Shown here piece by piece: positions 10,101-21,174 of a DNA stretch of 64,000 bases. Each line of letters opens with the position of its first letter. Positions within the stretch are counted from its first letter, which is position 1. The position numbers and the translations under genes are program-made. Below the pieces are notes generated by a model. The model made no database searches. It was not told the DNA's origin and saw nothing but the letters and a program-made list of their open reading frames with translations. This stretch comes from Phoronis australis (Eukaryota > Animalia > Phoronida), in contig NMRA01000127.1 of NCBI GenBank assembly GCA_002633005.1, forward strand, positions 124,001 through 188,000, given 5' to 3'.

Positions 10101-13085
10101 CGCAACAATCAAAGAACGCTGGCAGCATCTAGCCGATCTTACGGAATTCGCACTGGCGCTCAAAGATGAACTTGACAAATTAAATTCACAGTCTTTCAAC
10201 TCCTTTGTTCTTCGAATAGGTAAGAGCAAATATTGACCGTGGCATGACAACGCTCACAGATAAATCTTCACTATGAATGGAGGAATAGGGTTCTTAAAAT
10301 GACGCTTCAACTGCTGTGCTGGTCAGTAGATAGGCGCACAGTGTTGTGAATGCAATCTTCTCCCAGTAAACTTTCTGCACTAACCAGTCACCGAAGTGAA
10401 AGCGACAACACAGATTTTAACCTTTGTTAATAGATGTACGGTAGATCAGAGGTTACGTTCAACGCCAGATATGGACGTACGATGTTTTATCCCATACGCG
10501 TTGAATCAGTCGAGTGCAATACGGCCATGTGATAATGTTTTCCGTATTCATTTCCCGCACTACTTCAAAAATGACCTCTGATATGGAAAGTTCAAAAGTT
10601 AGCCGGTTCGATCATCAAACTTTTCGAAAATAGTTTAAAGTAATTCAATTGCAACTGTGTAAATAACACTCAACATGCAATCAGGTCCCAAACGTAACAT
10701 CTTGTACAAAACTGTTAATTATATGACACTTCTGTCTCAGTTTTCAATTGCTAAATATTACATCGTCTGTAACTCAGGTGCTGATTACTTGGTTACTACA
10801 ATATCACATATTATTGTTGTATAATTATTGTCAGGAAATGTTACAGGTTCAATGTACAATTACCGTTGTTTTCATCTATGTTATCTCTTTTCAAGTATTA
10901 TCTAAGAAGTCGTTACAGTTAAAACTTTATATTTTACTAGAGAATTGTGTAACCTAACTAACGCTCAAGCATATACATATAGGATGTGATCCGCCATGTG
11001 AACAGTCTGGGTGATGTATTTAAAAATCTGCCGAAAAAATGAAAGAAACTTAAGAATTCGAAACGTACCTCGATTGGCCTAGATAAAGTAATATCCCACT
11101 CGACATTATTCCTCGTATTAAGGTCTCGTGGGATATTACTTCATCTACGCCACTCTCGATACGTTTTGTGTATGTATGTGCCGATATACCTTTAATTGTT
11201 TTGGGTGGTAATTTCACTAGGAATCACTAAGTTTTGAATGTTGTTCCTTGAAAATCAGATTTGACGTTGAAAGACGTGGTAAAAATAAACAAGACTCCTA
11301 CGCCTCTTCCGGTTGGTCTTTAATACTCTGCATCATGTTGGAAGAAAAGGCATTTCAAAATGAAAACACGCGATCCATTCTACAAAAACGTTTGAACACT
11401 TTTTCTTTTCAGGTATAAACCATGGTCCAATTATAGGCGGGGTGATCGGTGCGAGGAAACCCCATTACGATATTTGGGGAAACACCGTAAACGTGGCCAG
11501 TAGGATGGACTCAACCGGAAAAGCCGGACGAATTCAGGTAAATAGCGAGATAACGATGCGCCTTGAATTTGTTCGTATGAGAACAAGTTGCCATACACAT
11601 AATAATTTTTGAAGTCATTCGAACATATACCTAGTATCGTGATTATTGAAGAACTCTTGACACTCACTTGGCAATTAATGAGTTGCGTGTATGTCAACTG
11701 AAAATATTAGAATTGACGTTCTAATTGTTGTTAAAGGAGCAATTCTATCTTATTCATTGTTCATTGTCTTATTCAACCGAACACACTACATGTATGTCTC
11801 AAGCATGTCCATACAGATATTCCAGTACAATGATAAGTAAAAAAAATGATATCCAAATGCCATTAAAGCTGACAGTTTTATCCATATAGTTAAGGAAACA
11901 TTATACTTTTCTTTCAGCATTTCGTTGATATCGATTTTTTCATAATTCTAGGGAAATATACCAATCTTTGTGAAAAAAGTGGGGATCTGAGCCCAGCCCT
12001 CCCCCCCTTGTCCACTGTCCTTGTAAATCATACAATCCATGTTCAGAGTCCGGCAACTAACATGTTCAGTCAAATACGACACATGGAATTGATTCAAATG
12101 GAAATAGCCTTGGGTATTCCCGTAAAAGGTGTACACTGGGTATTTGTGCTTGCCATATTTCGCAAGAAAGGGCGCTTCTCGCAACATTTGGTCTTATTGT
12201 TTAGGAACTCTGGCATTAGAGCTCTACAGTTAGGCTTCAATTATTTGTATTCTATTTAGGTTTGTTGAATTCACTGGACCTGCAGTGCAACATGTTGTAT
12301 GTTGAATTTTAATTCAAAAGAAAAATGCCTCTGGGGAATAAAATCTATAAAAATACGTTACGGGAACTAACGTCTACGGAAGAGTGTGATTTTTTATACC
12401 GACTCCGTATAAATATGTCCCCGATGGTGGTTCTAACTTTCTTAGTGAGTAGTGTTATTGCGATGACACGAAAATATACATCATTAAAAGTTGCCAGTGT
12501 CGCCACAAAGTATTGACAAACAATACTCATCAAATATTTAATAATTGATGTCGGTTATTTTAAGCTTTGTTTACATCGAAATCGATTAAGAGAAAAACCA
12601 GTCTTCCGTTTGTGAGAAGACTTGAGAAAAATTGTCATGCAAGCAAACTGATTTCTGGTATTAATAAACATGTTTCAATGATTTGAGAAGGAAATGGCAG
12701 TTTGCAAAGACCAAGCAGCAACTTGCGCGTAATTAATTATGACACAATTCCTTTCCCACATTCAAAAACCGACCATTATACGCTTCCTCTTGCGCATGCC
12801 TGGATTGGTAAATTGATGAATCATGCAGCATTCTCTGGCATTCAAACTGCATTTTTCGTCACATGACTTAACATTCGTGAAACGGTCAGTGATTGTGGTT
12901 GGCTAGGTAAGGGAACATATTCACCAAGCTGCTGTATAAATTTTGCTGATGTCCACCCAATTATTTTTCAGGTTGTTGAAGCAACGATGAACGTACTGAC
13001 GAAATTTGGTTACAAGTTTGAGAAAAGAGGACTAGTTTATGTTAAAGGCAAAGGGGAACTGATGACCTATTTCCTGCAACAGTGA
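976..13085 (+). CDS. ADCY3: Membrane adenylyl cyclase, type 3 (ADCY3)-like; multi-exon gene, 5' part upstream of the window
   Basis: AG/GT-bounded exons at 976-1114, 1639-1722, 2000-2073, 3247-3408, 5059-5157, 5454-5716, 8167-8248, 9105-9263, 9605-9853, 10099-10219, 11413-11537 and 12972-13085. Phases are consistent except across 3408-5059. AC3-type motifs include [20 protein letters not shown] and [20 protein letters not shown]. Confidence 0.9.
1639..1722 (+). CDS. Cyclase exon, C1b region
   Basis: aatttcag acceptor and gtaggt donor; 84 nt, phase 0-0, [28 protein letters not shown]; fits neighbouring phases. Confidence 0.7.
2000..2073 (+). CDS. Cyclase exon, C1b region
   Basis: cattgcag acceptor and gtaagt donor; [24 protein letters not shown]; phase 0-2 joins the exon at 3247. 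Confidence 0.75.
2095..2627. mobile_element. Non-autonomous DNA transposon (MITE-like)
   Basis: Imperfect inverted termini catggactatag...gacagcaaattc and gaatctgctgtctataatctatg; no coding capacity. Confidence 0.5.
2721..2849. repeat. 45-bp tandem repeat, about 3 copies
   Basis: gtacatactattacccagttagagcagtattactcaactcgaaat occurs twice exactly, then once diverged. Confidence 0.9.
3247..3408 (+). CDS. Cyclase exon, C1b to start of second membrane cluster
   Basis: tttaag acceptor and gtaaga donor; [17 protein letters not shown] (the TL.F.D..LE..Y motif) followed by a hydrophobic helix ending AQLLILP. Confidence 0.85.
3608..3693 (+). pseudogene. Candidate disrupted cyclase transmembrane exon
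   Basis: aaacag acceptor and gtaagc donor; [14 protein letters not shown] resembles AC3 WLMTNYVTFMVGEI but is followed by in-frame TAG and TGA; a shifted frame gives hydrophobic [12 protein letters not shown]. Confidence 0.4.
3727..3915. mobile_element. PIF/Harbinger-type MITE with internal 12-bp tandem array
   Basis: Perfect 13-bp TIR ggtagagttcagt/actgaactctacc flanked by CAG on both sides (CWG-type TSD); internal (GGTCCTAGCGTA)n. Confidence 0.8.
4798..4870 (+). mobile_element. tRNA-derived SINE-like remnant
   Basis: A-box-like tagcttgttcagtgtagcg and B-box-like ggttcgaattc at tRNA-like spacing; no intact cloverleaf. Confidence 0.35.
5059..5157 (+). CDS. Cyclase transmembrane exon (acceptor uncertain: 5045, 5059 or 5084)
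   Basis: [25 protein letters not shown] resembles AC3 [25 protein letters not shown]; gtaagt donor; also conserved in the duplicate near 32580. Confidence 0.75.
5454..5716 (+). CDS. Cyclase transmembrane exon
   Basis: ccgcag acceptor and gtaagt donor; open frame [30 protein letters not shown]...FHNYD. Confidence 0.85.
6104..6702. other. Assembly gap (599 N)
   Basis: Run of N that begins after a cagtggcggatc MITE end and a poly-G run. Confidence 1.
8167..8248 (+). CDS. Cyclase exon, last transmembrane helix
   Basis: ctatag acceptor and gtgagt donor; 82 nt, phase 2-0, bridges the flanking exons. Confidence 0.75.
9105..9263 (+). CDS. Cyclase exon, helical domain before C2
   Basis: [19 protein letters not shown]...[25 protein letters not shown]; gtttag acceptor and gtaagt donor. 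Confidence 0.92.
9605..9853 (+). CDS. Cyclase exon, C2a catalytic domain
   Basis: [23 protein letters not shown]...[19 protein letters not shown]...[14 protein letters not shown]. Confidence 0.95.
10099..10219 (+). CDS. Cyclase exon, C2a
   Basis: [36 protein letters not shown]; ttccag acceptor and gtaaga donor. Confidence 0.95.
11061..11166. repeat. Imperfect hairpin palindrome
   Basis: Arms aaacgta...tagataaagtaatatccca and tgggatattacttcatcta...tacgttt. Confidence 0.7.
11413..11537 (+). CDS. Cyclase exon, C2a signature
   Basis: [42 protein letters not shown]. Confidence 0.95.
12972..13085 (+). CDS. Cyclase terminal coding exon
   Basis: [37 protein letters not shown] followed by TGA at 13083-13085. 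Confidence 0.92.
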   Translation, partial: VVEATMNVLTKFGYKFEKRGLVYVKGKGELMTYFLQQ

Positions 13086-15259
13086 TAAATCATTTATAAC
13101 AGATTGAAAGACCATTCATTATTGTTTATTTACCATCTAGTTTTCTAAAACATTTTACTTAATATAAATAACTGCTTTTGTGACAAATATTTGACAATTT
13201 TCGCAACATTGATGCACAATGGATGCAAATTTTTTCAGGAATTAGCGAAAATGTAAGCCATAGTTCAATACATATAATTCGGGTGCTCAAAAACAAAAAC
13301 GTTCCAGGATTGAAATTTCAACATTTGCATCTGCATGAAAACAATTTCTTATGTTATCATAAATCAAATTATCAAAACTATTACAAATTTCACGATATTC
13401 ACTCTTTGAATTAATAGAAATAAGAAGTTAACAATGTTGGTTGAAAAATAATTATCATACTAGCGGCTGAAGATAAATCATCACTATACAAATATGGACA
13501 GATTCCGTGGGTGATGCCAGGTCATATAGACTCAGGGGGAGCAAAGTTACCCTCGACCAAAACTCACAGGGATCGGTCTATTTTTGTTTTAGTGCACAAC
13601 CACTGATGAAATTTTTCTCTGATTTGTTTATTACCTATTAAATCAACTTGTTTGGTGTGTGAGGTCGCCTGCTCGCTACGTTGCCAGCGTTTATGGTTTC
13701 TACAGTGTCTGATTGGTCAGATCGCCGATACAGGTAGCGACATTTGACGGCCGAGCGGCGGTACCTGATAATGAAAGTTATCGAACCGAGTATCAGAAAT
13801 GACAAAAGAAGCAGTGGTCGAGTAGTAATGTCGTGTTCAGCAGAGGGATTCAACAATGAAATGCCATTCAAACCCTGAGATGGGTGAAACTGAGAGTTTA
13901 TAAGTCCTTCGAACAATATTTTTCAGTAGTTTTACAACTGCAAAAATTAGACATCGTGGTTCACCTTTTTTCGCAACATTTTCTTAGACTCGGCGTCTCT
14001 GGTCACTCAGTTCTTTTCCGCAAACACGGATCGCTTACCGCTTTGTCAGCAACTGCAAAACATGACTGAATCAACGATAAGGACCACATATACAAAATAC
14101 TGATGAAACATTTGTGTGAGTATGAGGACGAAATGTATTAAATTTTTGAATCATGCATGCGTGATATTTATTTTTTAAGCAGGACTTTTCAATTTGGTGT
14201 CAAGTCAAAACCTAATAAGCTGTACCAGGAAGACGACATACACAAAAACGGTACAAAATGCATAATATTTTATTTTCTATGCGTTCAAATTGTTGAAGGA
14301 ACAACCATTCGAACGTTTTTATTTTTCGTACACCCTATATACAAAATGTAAAAAATTTATCGGCGCAACCTTAAACAAAGATATGAACTCATGAGGTATT
14401 TGGCAGTACCCTGTATATTGTATTATGTGATTGTTCACTTTATTGTATATGAGATTTTTGTTGTGAAAACAATTTGTCAATGAGACATTTCACTACATGA
14501 GTATATATGTTTAGTTCGTGTTCTGTTTTGTTTTACCGTAAGTGTTTTTTGATCACTTAATTCTATTTGAATTTCTATCTGTGATAAGTTCAATGTGTTA
14601 AATTGCGTCGTTCGAATGCGTTTTGATATTGAGACTTAAATCAAGTACGCGTAGAATTGTTTGCCGTTTTTGGCGATTGTCATATTTTCAGGCCAAAATG
14701 TTAACAACGATATGATAATGCTCAGCTTATTAAGATATATAGTTTCACAGTAAATGCACGGATTCCTATTCTGGAAAGGTAGAGTCAGATTCTTAATATT
14801 CATTTATTCATAAGAAAAGGTTGTGTATATAGGCCTATAAAGTGCCTCTAGCCGCTGCCCAAAATCATACAGAGGACATGGTTGTCGAGGAATGGTCACT
14901 CATTCGAGTAGGAAGTGCTAATTAAGAAAGAGACCTTTTTAACAGCTGATTGTATGGATAGCAGAAAGCGGTTCATCAATTTTGAATCAATTGTGGGAAT
15001 AGGTAACGATGGGACAGCGCAAGTCTTTTCGAAGTATCCATGACTTTCAAGCGACGCACGTAATCTCTCTAACTTTACTTGGAAGTATCCTGCGTCTACG
15101 AACCGCGCCCGTGAACGTGCATTTCTGTGGATAGGCCCTTGTTTCCCCAGTGCCACCTAGTGAAATTCGAATTCCCCCTTCCCGCTGGCGTGATTTTAGT
15201 TTGCAGTTCTCATAGACATAATTCAATAGCCTCCAGAACGCAAAAGTTTGTTAGCGTAA

Positions 15260-15383
15260 GCTGTGCTATGAAATTTCTATCCTCAGAAATCTCTGCGTAT
15301 TGCGGAAGGGCTCGGGGGTGTTGTAAAAGCAGAGCTTCCTCAATACGCAAAGATTCCTGTGGAAGGAAATTTCATAACACAGC
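15260..15383. repeat. Long imperfect hairpin
   Basis: gctgtgctatgaaattt...tgcgtattgcggaag pairs with cttcctcaatacgca...aaatttcataacacagc. Confidence 0.75.
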
Positions 15384-16069
15384 GCTGCTTCGGTAATATG
15401 ACTATTATCTTAGGACATTCCGTTTTCCACAATATCCTGTTACAATTGTTTAGTATAATTTTGTGACCCGGAATCGTAAGTTAACACTTCCTGTTTTTAT
15501 CGTTATGCTGTGAACTGGTCTCATAGTTGTTATTTTGCGCTTCATACTTTTTCCGTGTTTCTTTGAATTTTGCCATTTCGACTCCCCGAAGCAGTGCTGA
15601 ACATACAGTATGATGTAGTTCAAAACATCTTTGTTAGTACAATAAATATTTGTGACACTTAGTGTGAGGATGGTTAATTTGAACCTGAATAGAGGTTTCC
15701 CGCGTGTAGCGTTTCTTCTTTACTTGTGAAACATTACGTGTAACTCGTTTAAACAAGTTGTTTTGTAATAAAGGTTTGAAATTATCCATGCACTTTGTGT
15801 TTTGAAAGAATGCTAACTAAGCGACTTTTCACCTAGGCCTTTTTTTCTCACACACATTGCTCCCTGTCGCATAAGATGTCTTTTTACATAGACGGCCCCA
15901 GGGGGGTCAAGGGGGTCTGGATTCCCCTTTTCCCCTTGATTTTAGTGAGATCAAATTCAGAATTTTCAAATTGCTGACTTTTCTCCCATTTTCAAAAAAA
16001 ACTCTTGATCCTTTTCTCCCATTAAATAATCCTGGATCTGCACTTGTAAAATTTACAAGTACATAACAC

Positions 16070-16159
16070 GACATGGGCAAATCCTCTTTGAGTTTTCGTC
16101 AAAATCCCTCGCCATGCCTCGGGATTTTGACGAAATTTACAAGAGGTTTTGCCCATGTC
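16070..16159. repeat. Hairpin with tcgccatgcctc loop, probably the end of a Crypton-like element extending toward 17450
   Basis: gacatgggcaaatcctctt...ttcgtcaaaatccc pairs with gggattttgacgaa...aagaggttttgcccatgtc; the family assignment is inference. Confidence 0.7.
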
Positions 16160-17536
16160 ATCAACCTGAGAAGAGCGTAGGATTTGTTTTCTCACATGTA
16201 CTGTAAAACGATCTTTTTGTCGGAAAACTCGACGTGTCTAAAACTTTCAACCACATGACACAACTTTTGGGAAAGCACGCTTGCAAAACGTAAAGTAAAC
16301 CCAGTTAGTTTTTGTTGATAATTTTATTTTTAGCTGAACAACTGTAAATTGTATTTAACTTTCGTAACTAACGTTCAAGTTAAAATTTCATAAAATTAAT
16401 ACTCTTTGAAGTTGTAGCATTAAAACTTAATTACACAGGCAGCATGGCTTCATTGAATTGAACTTGAGACAGCACGGCTAGTCAGCCTCACTGCGTGGTT
16501 TCTTGAGTTGTGGAACGTCTCCGTTTGAATGAACGTGGACACGAAATTCGCCGCCGAAGATGGATTCTTTAAAGAAGTTATTTGCATTTTCTTCCAAGTG
16601 GGAGTACCTTCACGATGCTGCTGCTTTGGATGTCTTATCGAAGCGTGCCGGATTTTTCGAGGTAGCGGTTAAAATACTGGAAATATTGCGGTGCTGAGAC
16701 TGGTTGAGGCTATAGTAATTGTTCACTGATTGGGTGTTCTTATGTCGTTTTAAGGAATTGTTTGCATGTCCTTCCGATTGAGAGTACATACACCCGATTT
16801 GTCAGTCACAACCTTGTCACCTTCACGCAATTCCGGCATTGTTTGGTAGTTGGTATTAGTGTTTTGCAGACGATAAAATGTAGGGCGCATGGATTTCCAC
16901 TTTGCACTACTTTGTGATTGGTCCATGTAATTACCACTTCCGTGTAACCAGTCGTGTCGTAACATATTCCAGTTCATATGAGAAATTCCTTTACTGCTTT
17001 GCAAAAATGTGAGGTAAATAAATTTGTCTTATGAGAATCCTGAACTGATATTGATTAATTATGTTTTCTTGTGCCCGGCCAGCTTTTGTGAGATCATCGA
17101 TATTGAGTGTTAATGGATTTTGAAGACGACGTCGCCGTCTGCCTTTATAAAAGCGGTTTATATGAGCGTACATGGGAAAGTCTTATATTGACTTGTTCTG
17201 CTGCACTTTGCTAAACACTGAGACTTTGGACGAGATAGAGCTAGACATAGCATAATAATATTTGATCATCGTAATTCAAACAAAAATACGTTTAGTTCGA
17301 AATCAAATTCCGCCGTGTTTTGTTGTAGAGTGGCTTTGCTTTAGTGCATGGACATTTCTAAAATCATATGCCAGGGAAAGTGGCAGTTGTGTCTACAAAG
17401 TATATTTGTTCGTGACAACTCGTCGAACAATCCAACAACATTCTCAAAACAGTATAGATATATCTATGCATTATTAAAATTGCACTTCATCAGTGCTTAG
17501 CTACCAAAAATCGAAAAATAACGTTTCTACCCACTT

Positions 17537-17683
17537 CAGGGCGGATCCAGGATTTTGAGATGGAGGCGGGGCAGAGTATTAGCCAGGATTTTGTATATCA
17601 GGAATTCGCACCCCCGAACTGCCAAACGGAATTTGGGAGACGTTTTGGGGGAAAGGGCCGCCCCTCCTCTAAAGCCGCCATTG
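17537..17683 (+). mobile_element. Short hAT-like MITE (ca.(g/t)ggcggat termini)
   Basis: cagggcggatccaggatttt ... taaagccgccattg; flanks cactt/cacta; similar to the copies at 52627 and 54157. Confidence 0.65.
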
Positions 17684-19788
17684 CACTACAGTTTCATGAA
17701 CTGCGCTGGAATATTTGGCGTCTGAGATCACCGCTGACACTCAGCGCAACACATGGGGAGACATTATGGCTCATCCCGTTTGGGACACCCGGTTTCGAAT
17801 CCTGGCTTTAGTGGCAGAAAATCGAGCATTGCACAAAAACTGTCTCTTACTCACCTGAGGGCGGTATTACTAATGAATGAATGATAGTATATAAGGGAAT
17901 GAATGAGGACCACTTCGGATTACTCGACGTTGAGTGTAAAATGTGAAGAAGAAAAAACATACATACTTCAGATAGTGATTTTGTCATTCTAGCACATTCC
18001 ATTTTCACAGGTTTCTCGTTCACGCACCCGTCTTCTCGATATGTTTGTTCGTATTTTGTCACATAGTAGGCGGTTTTCGCGACCATCTTCGCACTATGTT
18101 TGCTCGCATTTTTTCACATTATTTCTATTTTCAACTGCAACCATTAATGAATGATATTTACCAACTTTCCTGAGGGGTTCGTTTTACTGAAACTTAGCTT
18201 CTGATCACACCATGGACAAATACGAATGTCATAAAGAATATTTATTTCAACTTCAGTCACTGTAAACGAGACGCTTTGCAGTTAGACATCGTTTTAATTC
18301 TATACAAACAAAGGACAATGCATTAAAACGGGTTGAAGACATCGTTTCATAAATAGTTCAGTTGGGATTTTGACTTGACGAAAGCTCCCAGTAATGTGGG
18401 CTGAATGAACGAAACTTCTAACATGAATCTTTGTGGAAGGAATGTTCATGCACCTGTCATTCAGAAAGGTGTTGCAGGTGTAAACGCATGTGCGTAAAAG
18501 AGTCATCAGTAATAACTAACAAAATTTAAAATACAAACCGATTATACAAAATTACGGACAAACAACTTCGTAACATCAACATGTTCATGCATGTATTCTA
18601 CAACATCTTCTGGGCAATGAATTGAGAAAGTCGGTATTTCGTCTCCATTACTTTTGGGTACGAAACCAAACGTCCATCATTTAGAGTTACTGTATATTGG
18701 TTTTCTCTTCTGGTATCACCAATTCTGGCCTGAGATCCGTACAGCAAGTTCCTCGCAAGTTTGGCGACACAAGGTTAGACCAGGTAAGGTGACACGAGAG
18801 GTTCACAACTCACTTACACAGAGCAAAACAGCAGTCATTGACGAAAGCCATTTTGGCGCGTATGGGATGTTGAATGGTGGGGTAGAACATACTTTCACAG
18901 TTCCGTACTCGACGCAAGTGTCTTGCAAGTGTCTTGCGTTTACGGTACATAACATTCCTCATTAGGTAATACATTTTTTGAAAACAACAGCTTAACTAAG
19001 ACGTTAAACAAACACTTGAGTCTAGTCGTACGAATTTTCCTTAAGTCATCACATGACATGAAGCTCCCGCTAACTCACATTAAATTATAGACACATTATC
19101 CAGACGTAAATCCTTAGGTGGGTCCAAGGGATCTCAACCATGCATTCACCATGTTGGTCCCTTGTCGGATCCCCCTTGGACAAAACCGTGGATCGCGGCT
19201 GTAGGCAACCGACAATGTTTTTGTACCTCGTCTTTTACCATTTTATCACTGATACGACGTTTATCCAAGCTAAGTGGAAGTCGGTACATGACAGACAGTG
19301 CTTTAACACTGAGGTGTCAATTAAAGCGACTGCAAACTCTCATCCTACCGTAAAACTAATTTTAGAGTGAGAGAACTTGCCGTTGTAAGGTTGCTCTCAA
19401 GTTGTTCTTTAGTCTTTAGATTTCCGGCTTCAGAAGACTCGATAGCCCGTTATTGCATGAGACAAGACTACGAGTTGGCTTGTCGAGGCATTTTAGTTTA
19501 TGTGGCGATCATGGCCTTAAAGAATATCAAACTGCTAGTTGTTTGCAAACTTCCCACCCGGTAATGAAAACAGTGAGACCGGTAATATAGCGATAAGACG
19601 TCAAAATTAAAAGTTCGCTTCATGTACTGAACTTTAGTTTACAGCCGTTTACAGGTGTGCTCATTCGCAAAGTGAAGGCTCAAGTCGTGAGGTGGATGTT
19701 CTCACGAGAGTACAATAAGAAATCGAGCTCGTGGTACCAATACAACGTCAATGTAAAGTCTAATCCTCTGTTTGTAGGATTCTCGAAT

Positions 19789-21174
19789 TCAAAACTTATT
19801 TGCAGCAATAGATGCATTTGTGGCCTCTGAGGTTGAAACCATCGAGGTGCTAGTGCCTCTAGATGACGCTGCTGTCGACTTCTTCCGGCAGCACGGCCAC
19901 ATGTTCATAAAATCTCTTCGAAACCTCTTTCCACTCGCAAAATATAGAAGAAAATTTATGCTGTGGTTCATATCAACAAAGAAGTATGCCATTGTCGAGA
20001 AGAAGATGTATTGAACGAATCTGTACATGGTCGGGTCTCCCATGTAATCCCAAAAATTTTCGGCTATCACGAATGCAGCATACGGAGACATGAAGAACGT
20101 GAAAGAAGCCGATACTGTTATCAGCATTCTGGTAATCTGGTTCTGTTGCTTCCTTGCCTCAACGTCCTTTTCGCTGTTGTTCGTCATTTCCGCTTTTTTA
20201 CGAGCAGCAGCTGACGTAAGCGATATTATGATTCCGTTAAGAACGTACAGCATTATCAAGGGAATGAAAGAGTAAACAGTAGTGTCCACCCACGTGTAAG
20301 CTGCCAAGAACTGTTTATCTGGTGCACGCCACATACACGTCCAAGCACTACCTGCGGTGTAAACAGCATGGGCGAAAAAGAAGTAGTGGAAATTTAAGAT
20401 AATAGAAAGAATTGAAAGAGAAATTGTAACAATGACCGCATTTTTGACAGTACAAATGGATGAAGCTTTAAATGGAAAAGCCACAGCGATGCAGCGTTCG
20501 CAAGTCATGGCCAAAACCGTCCACACCGACATGTAAGCAGCAAAAGACATAATAAAGTTGTTAATTCGACAACCAGCTTCAGTGATGAACCAAGTCTGGT
20601 CATATTGGTCCATTGTCAAACCAAATGTCTTCGACATCATGACTGTTGTATCAAAGATGGCCAGCATAGCCATGTAAAAACATGACGAGCTTTTACGAAT
20701 TCGTTTGCGTATAACTAAGAAGGACAAAAGATTTCCTACAAAAGCTAAGGCTGGGAGAAAGTAGTATTTGTAGGTCTGCAAGTTGACCGCGACCCAGAAG
20801 AGATCGTAAGATGATAACAACGCCCTGATGTGGGCATTTTGATCAAATGGGGCATTTATTGTTCCATTTGTGCAATTTGGGGAGGTGCCGTTAAAGGAAT
20901 CGAAATACCACCGGTTCATGGTGGAATTCCCATCAGCCAAATTATGCATGGAGCTATTATACTCTGAACAATTGAAGACGGTCATTTGTTGAAATTCCTC
21001 GGTCGAAAAGGTCTGTAGAGAAGCCTCCGTTGTTTGAATCCAGTAGTCGGTCGTGGTTTCGAAGATCACCCCGGTGTTGCTTTCCGATATGGTTGACCAT
21101 AGTGTAACGCTGTGGTTGTTGGTTTTGTTTTGGGTTGCCATATCTTGAGTGGATGTGGTGTTATCTGTCATCAT
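19789..21174 (-). CDS. Class A (rhodopsin-like) GPCR, FMRFamide/sex-peptide-receptor-like orphan group, 461 aa, single coding exon
   Basis: Seven hydrophobic helices; GNLLS, LAIFD, MTCERCIAVAFP, F..SP and NHSINFLLY..SGKRFR motifs; S/T- and sequon-rich N-terminus; acceptor-like site at 21188 suggests a 5'UTR intron. Confidence 0.95.
   Translation of the reverse strand: MMTDNTTSTQDMATQNKTNNHSVTLWSTISESNTGVIFETTTDYWIQTTEASLQTFSTEEFQQMTVFNCSEYNSSMHNLADGNSTMNRWYFDSFNGTSPNCTNGTINAPFDQNAHIRALLSSYDLFWVAVNLQTYKYYFLPALAFVGNLLSFLVIRKRIRKSSSCFYMAMLAIFDTTVMMSKTFGLTMDQYDQTWFITEAGCRINNFIMSFAAYMSVWTVLAMTCERCIAVAFPFKASSICTVKNAVIVTISLSILSIILNFHYFFFAHAVYTAGSAWTCMWRAPDKQFLAAYTWVDTTVYSFIPLIMLYVLNGIIISLTSAAARKKAEMTNNSEKDVEARKQQNQITRMLITVSASFTFFMSPYAAFVIAENFWDYMGDPTMYRFVQYIFFSTMAYFFVDMNHSINFLLYFASGKRFRRDFMNMWPCCRKKSTAASSRGTSTSMVSTSEATNASIAANKF

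Noticed and set aside
19820-20275. Plus-strand ORFs overlapping the GPCR, similar to 62896-63198
   Set aside because: Antisense shadows of the conserved receptor frames.
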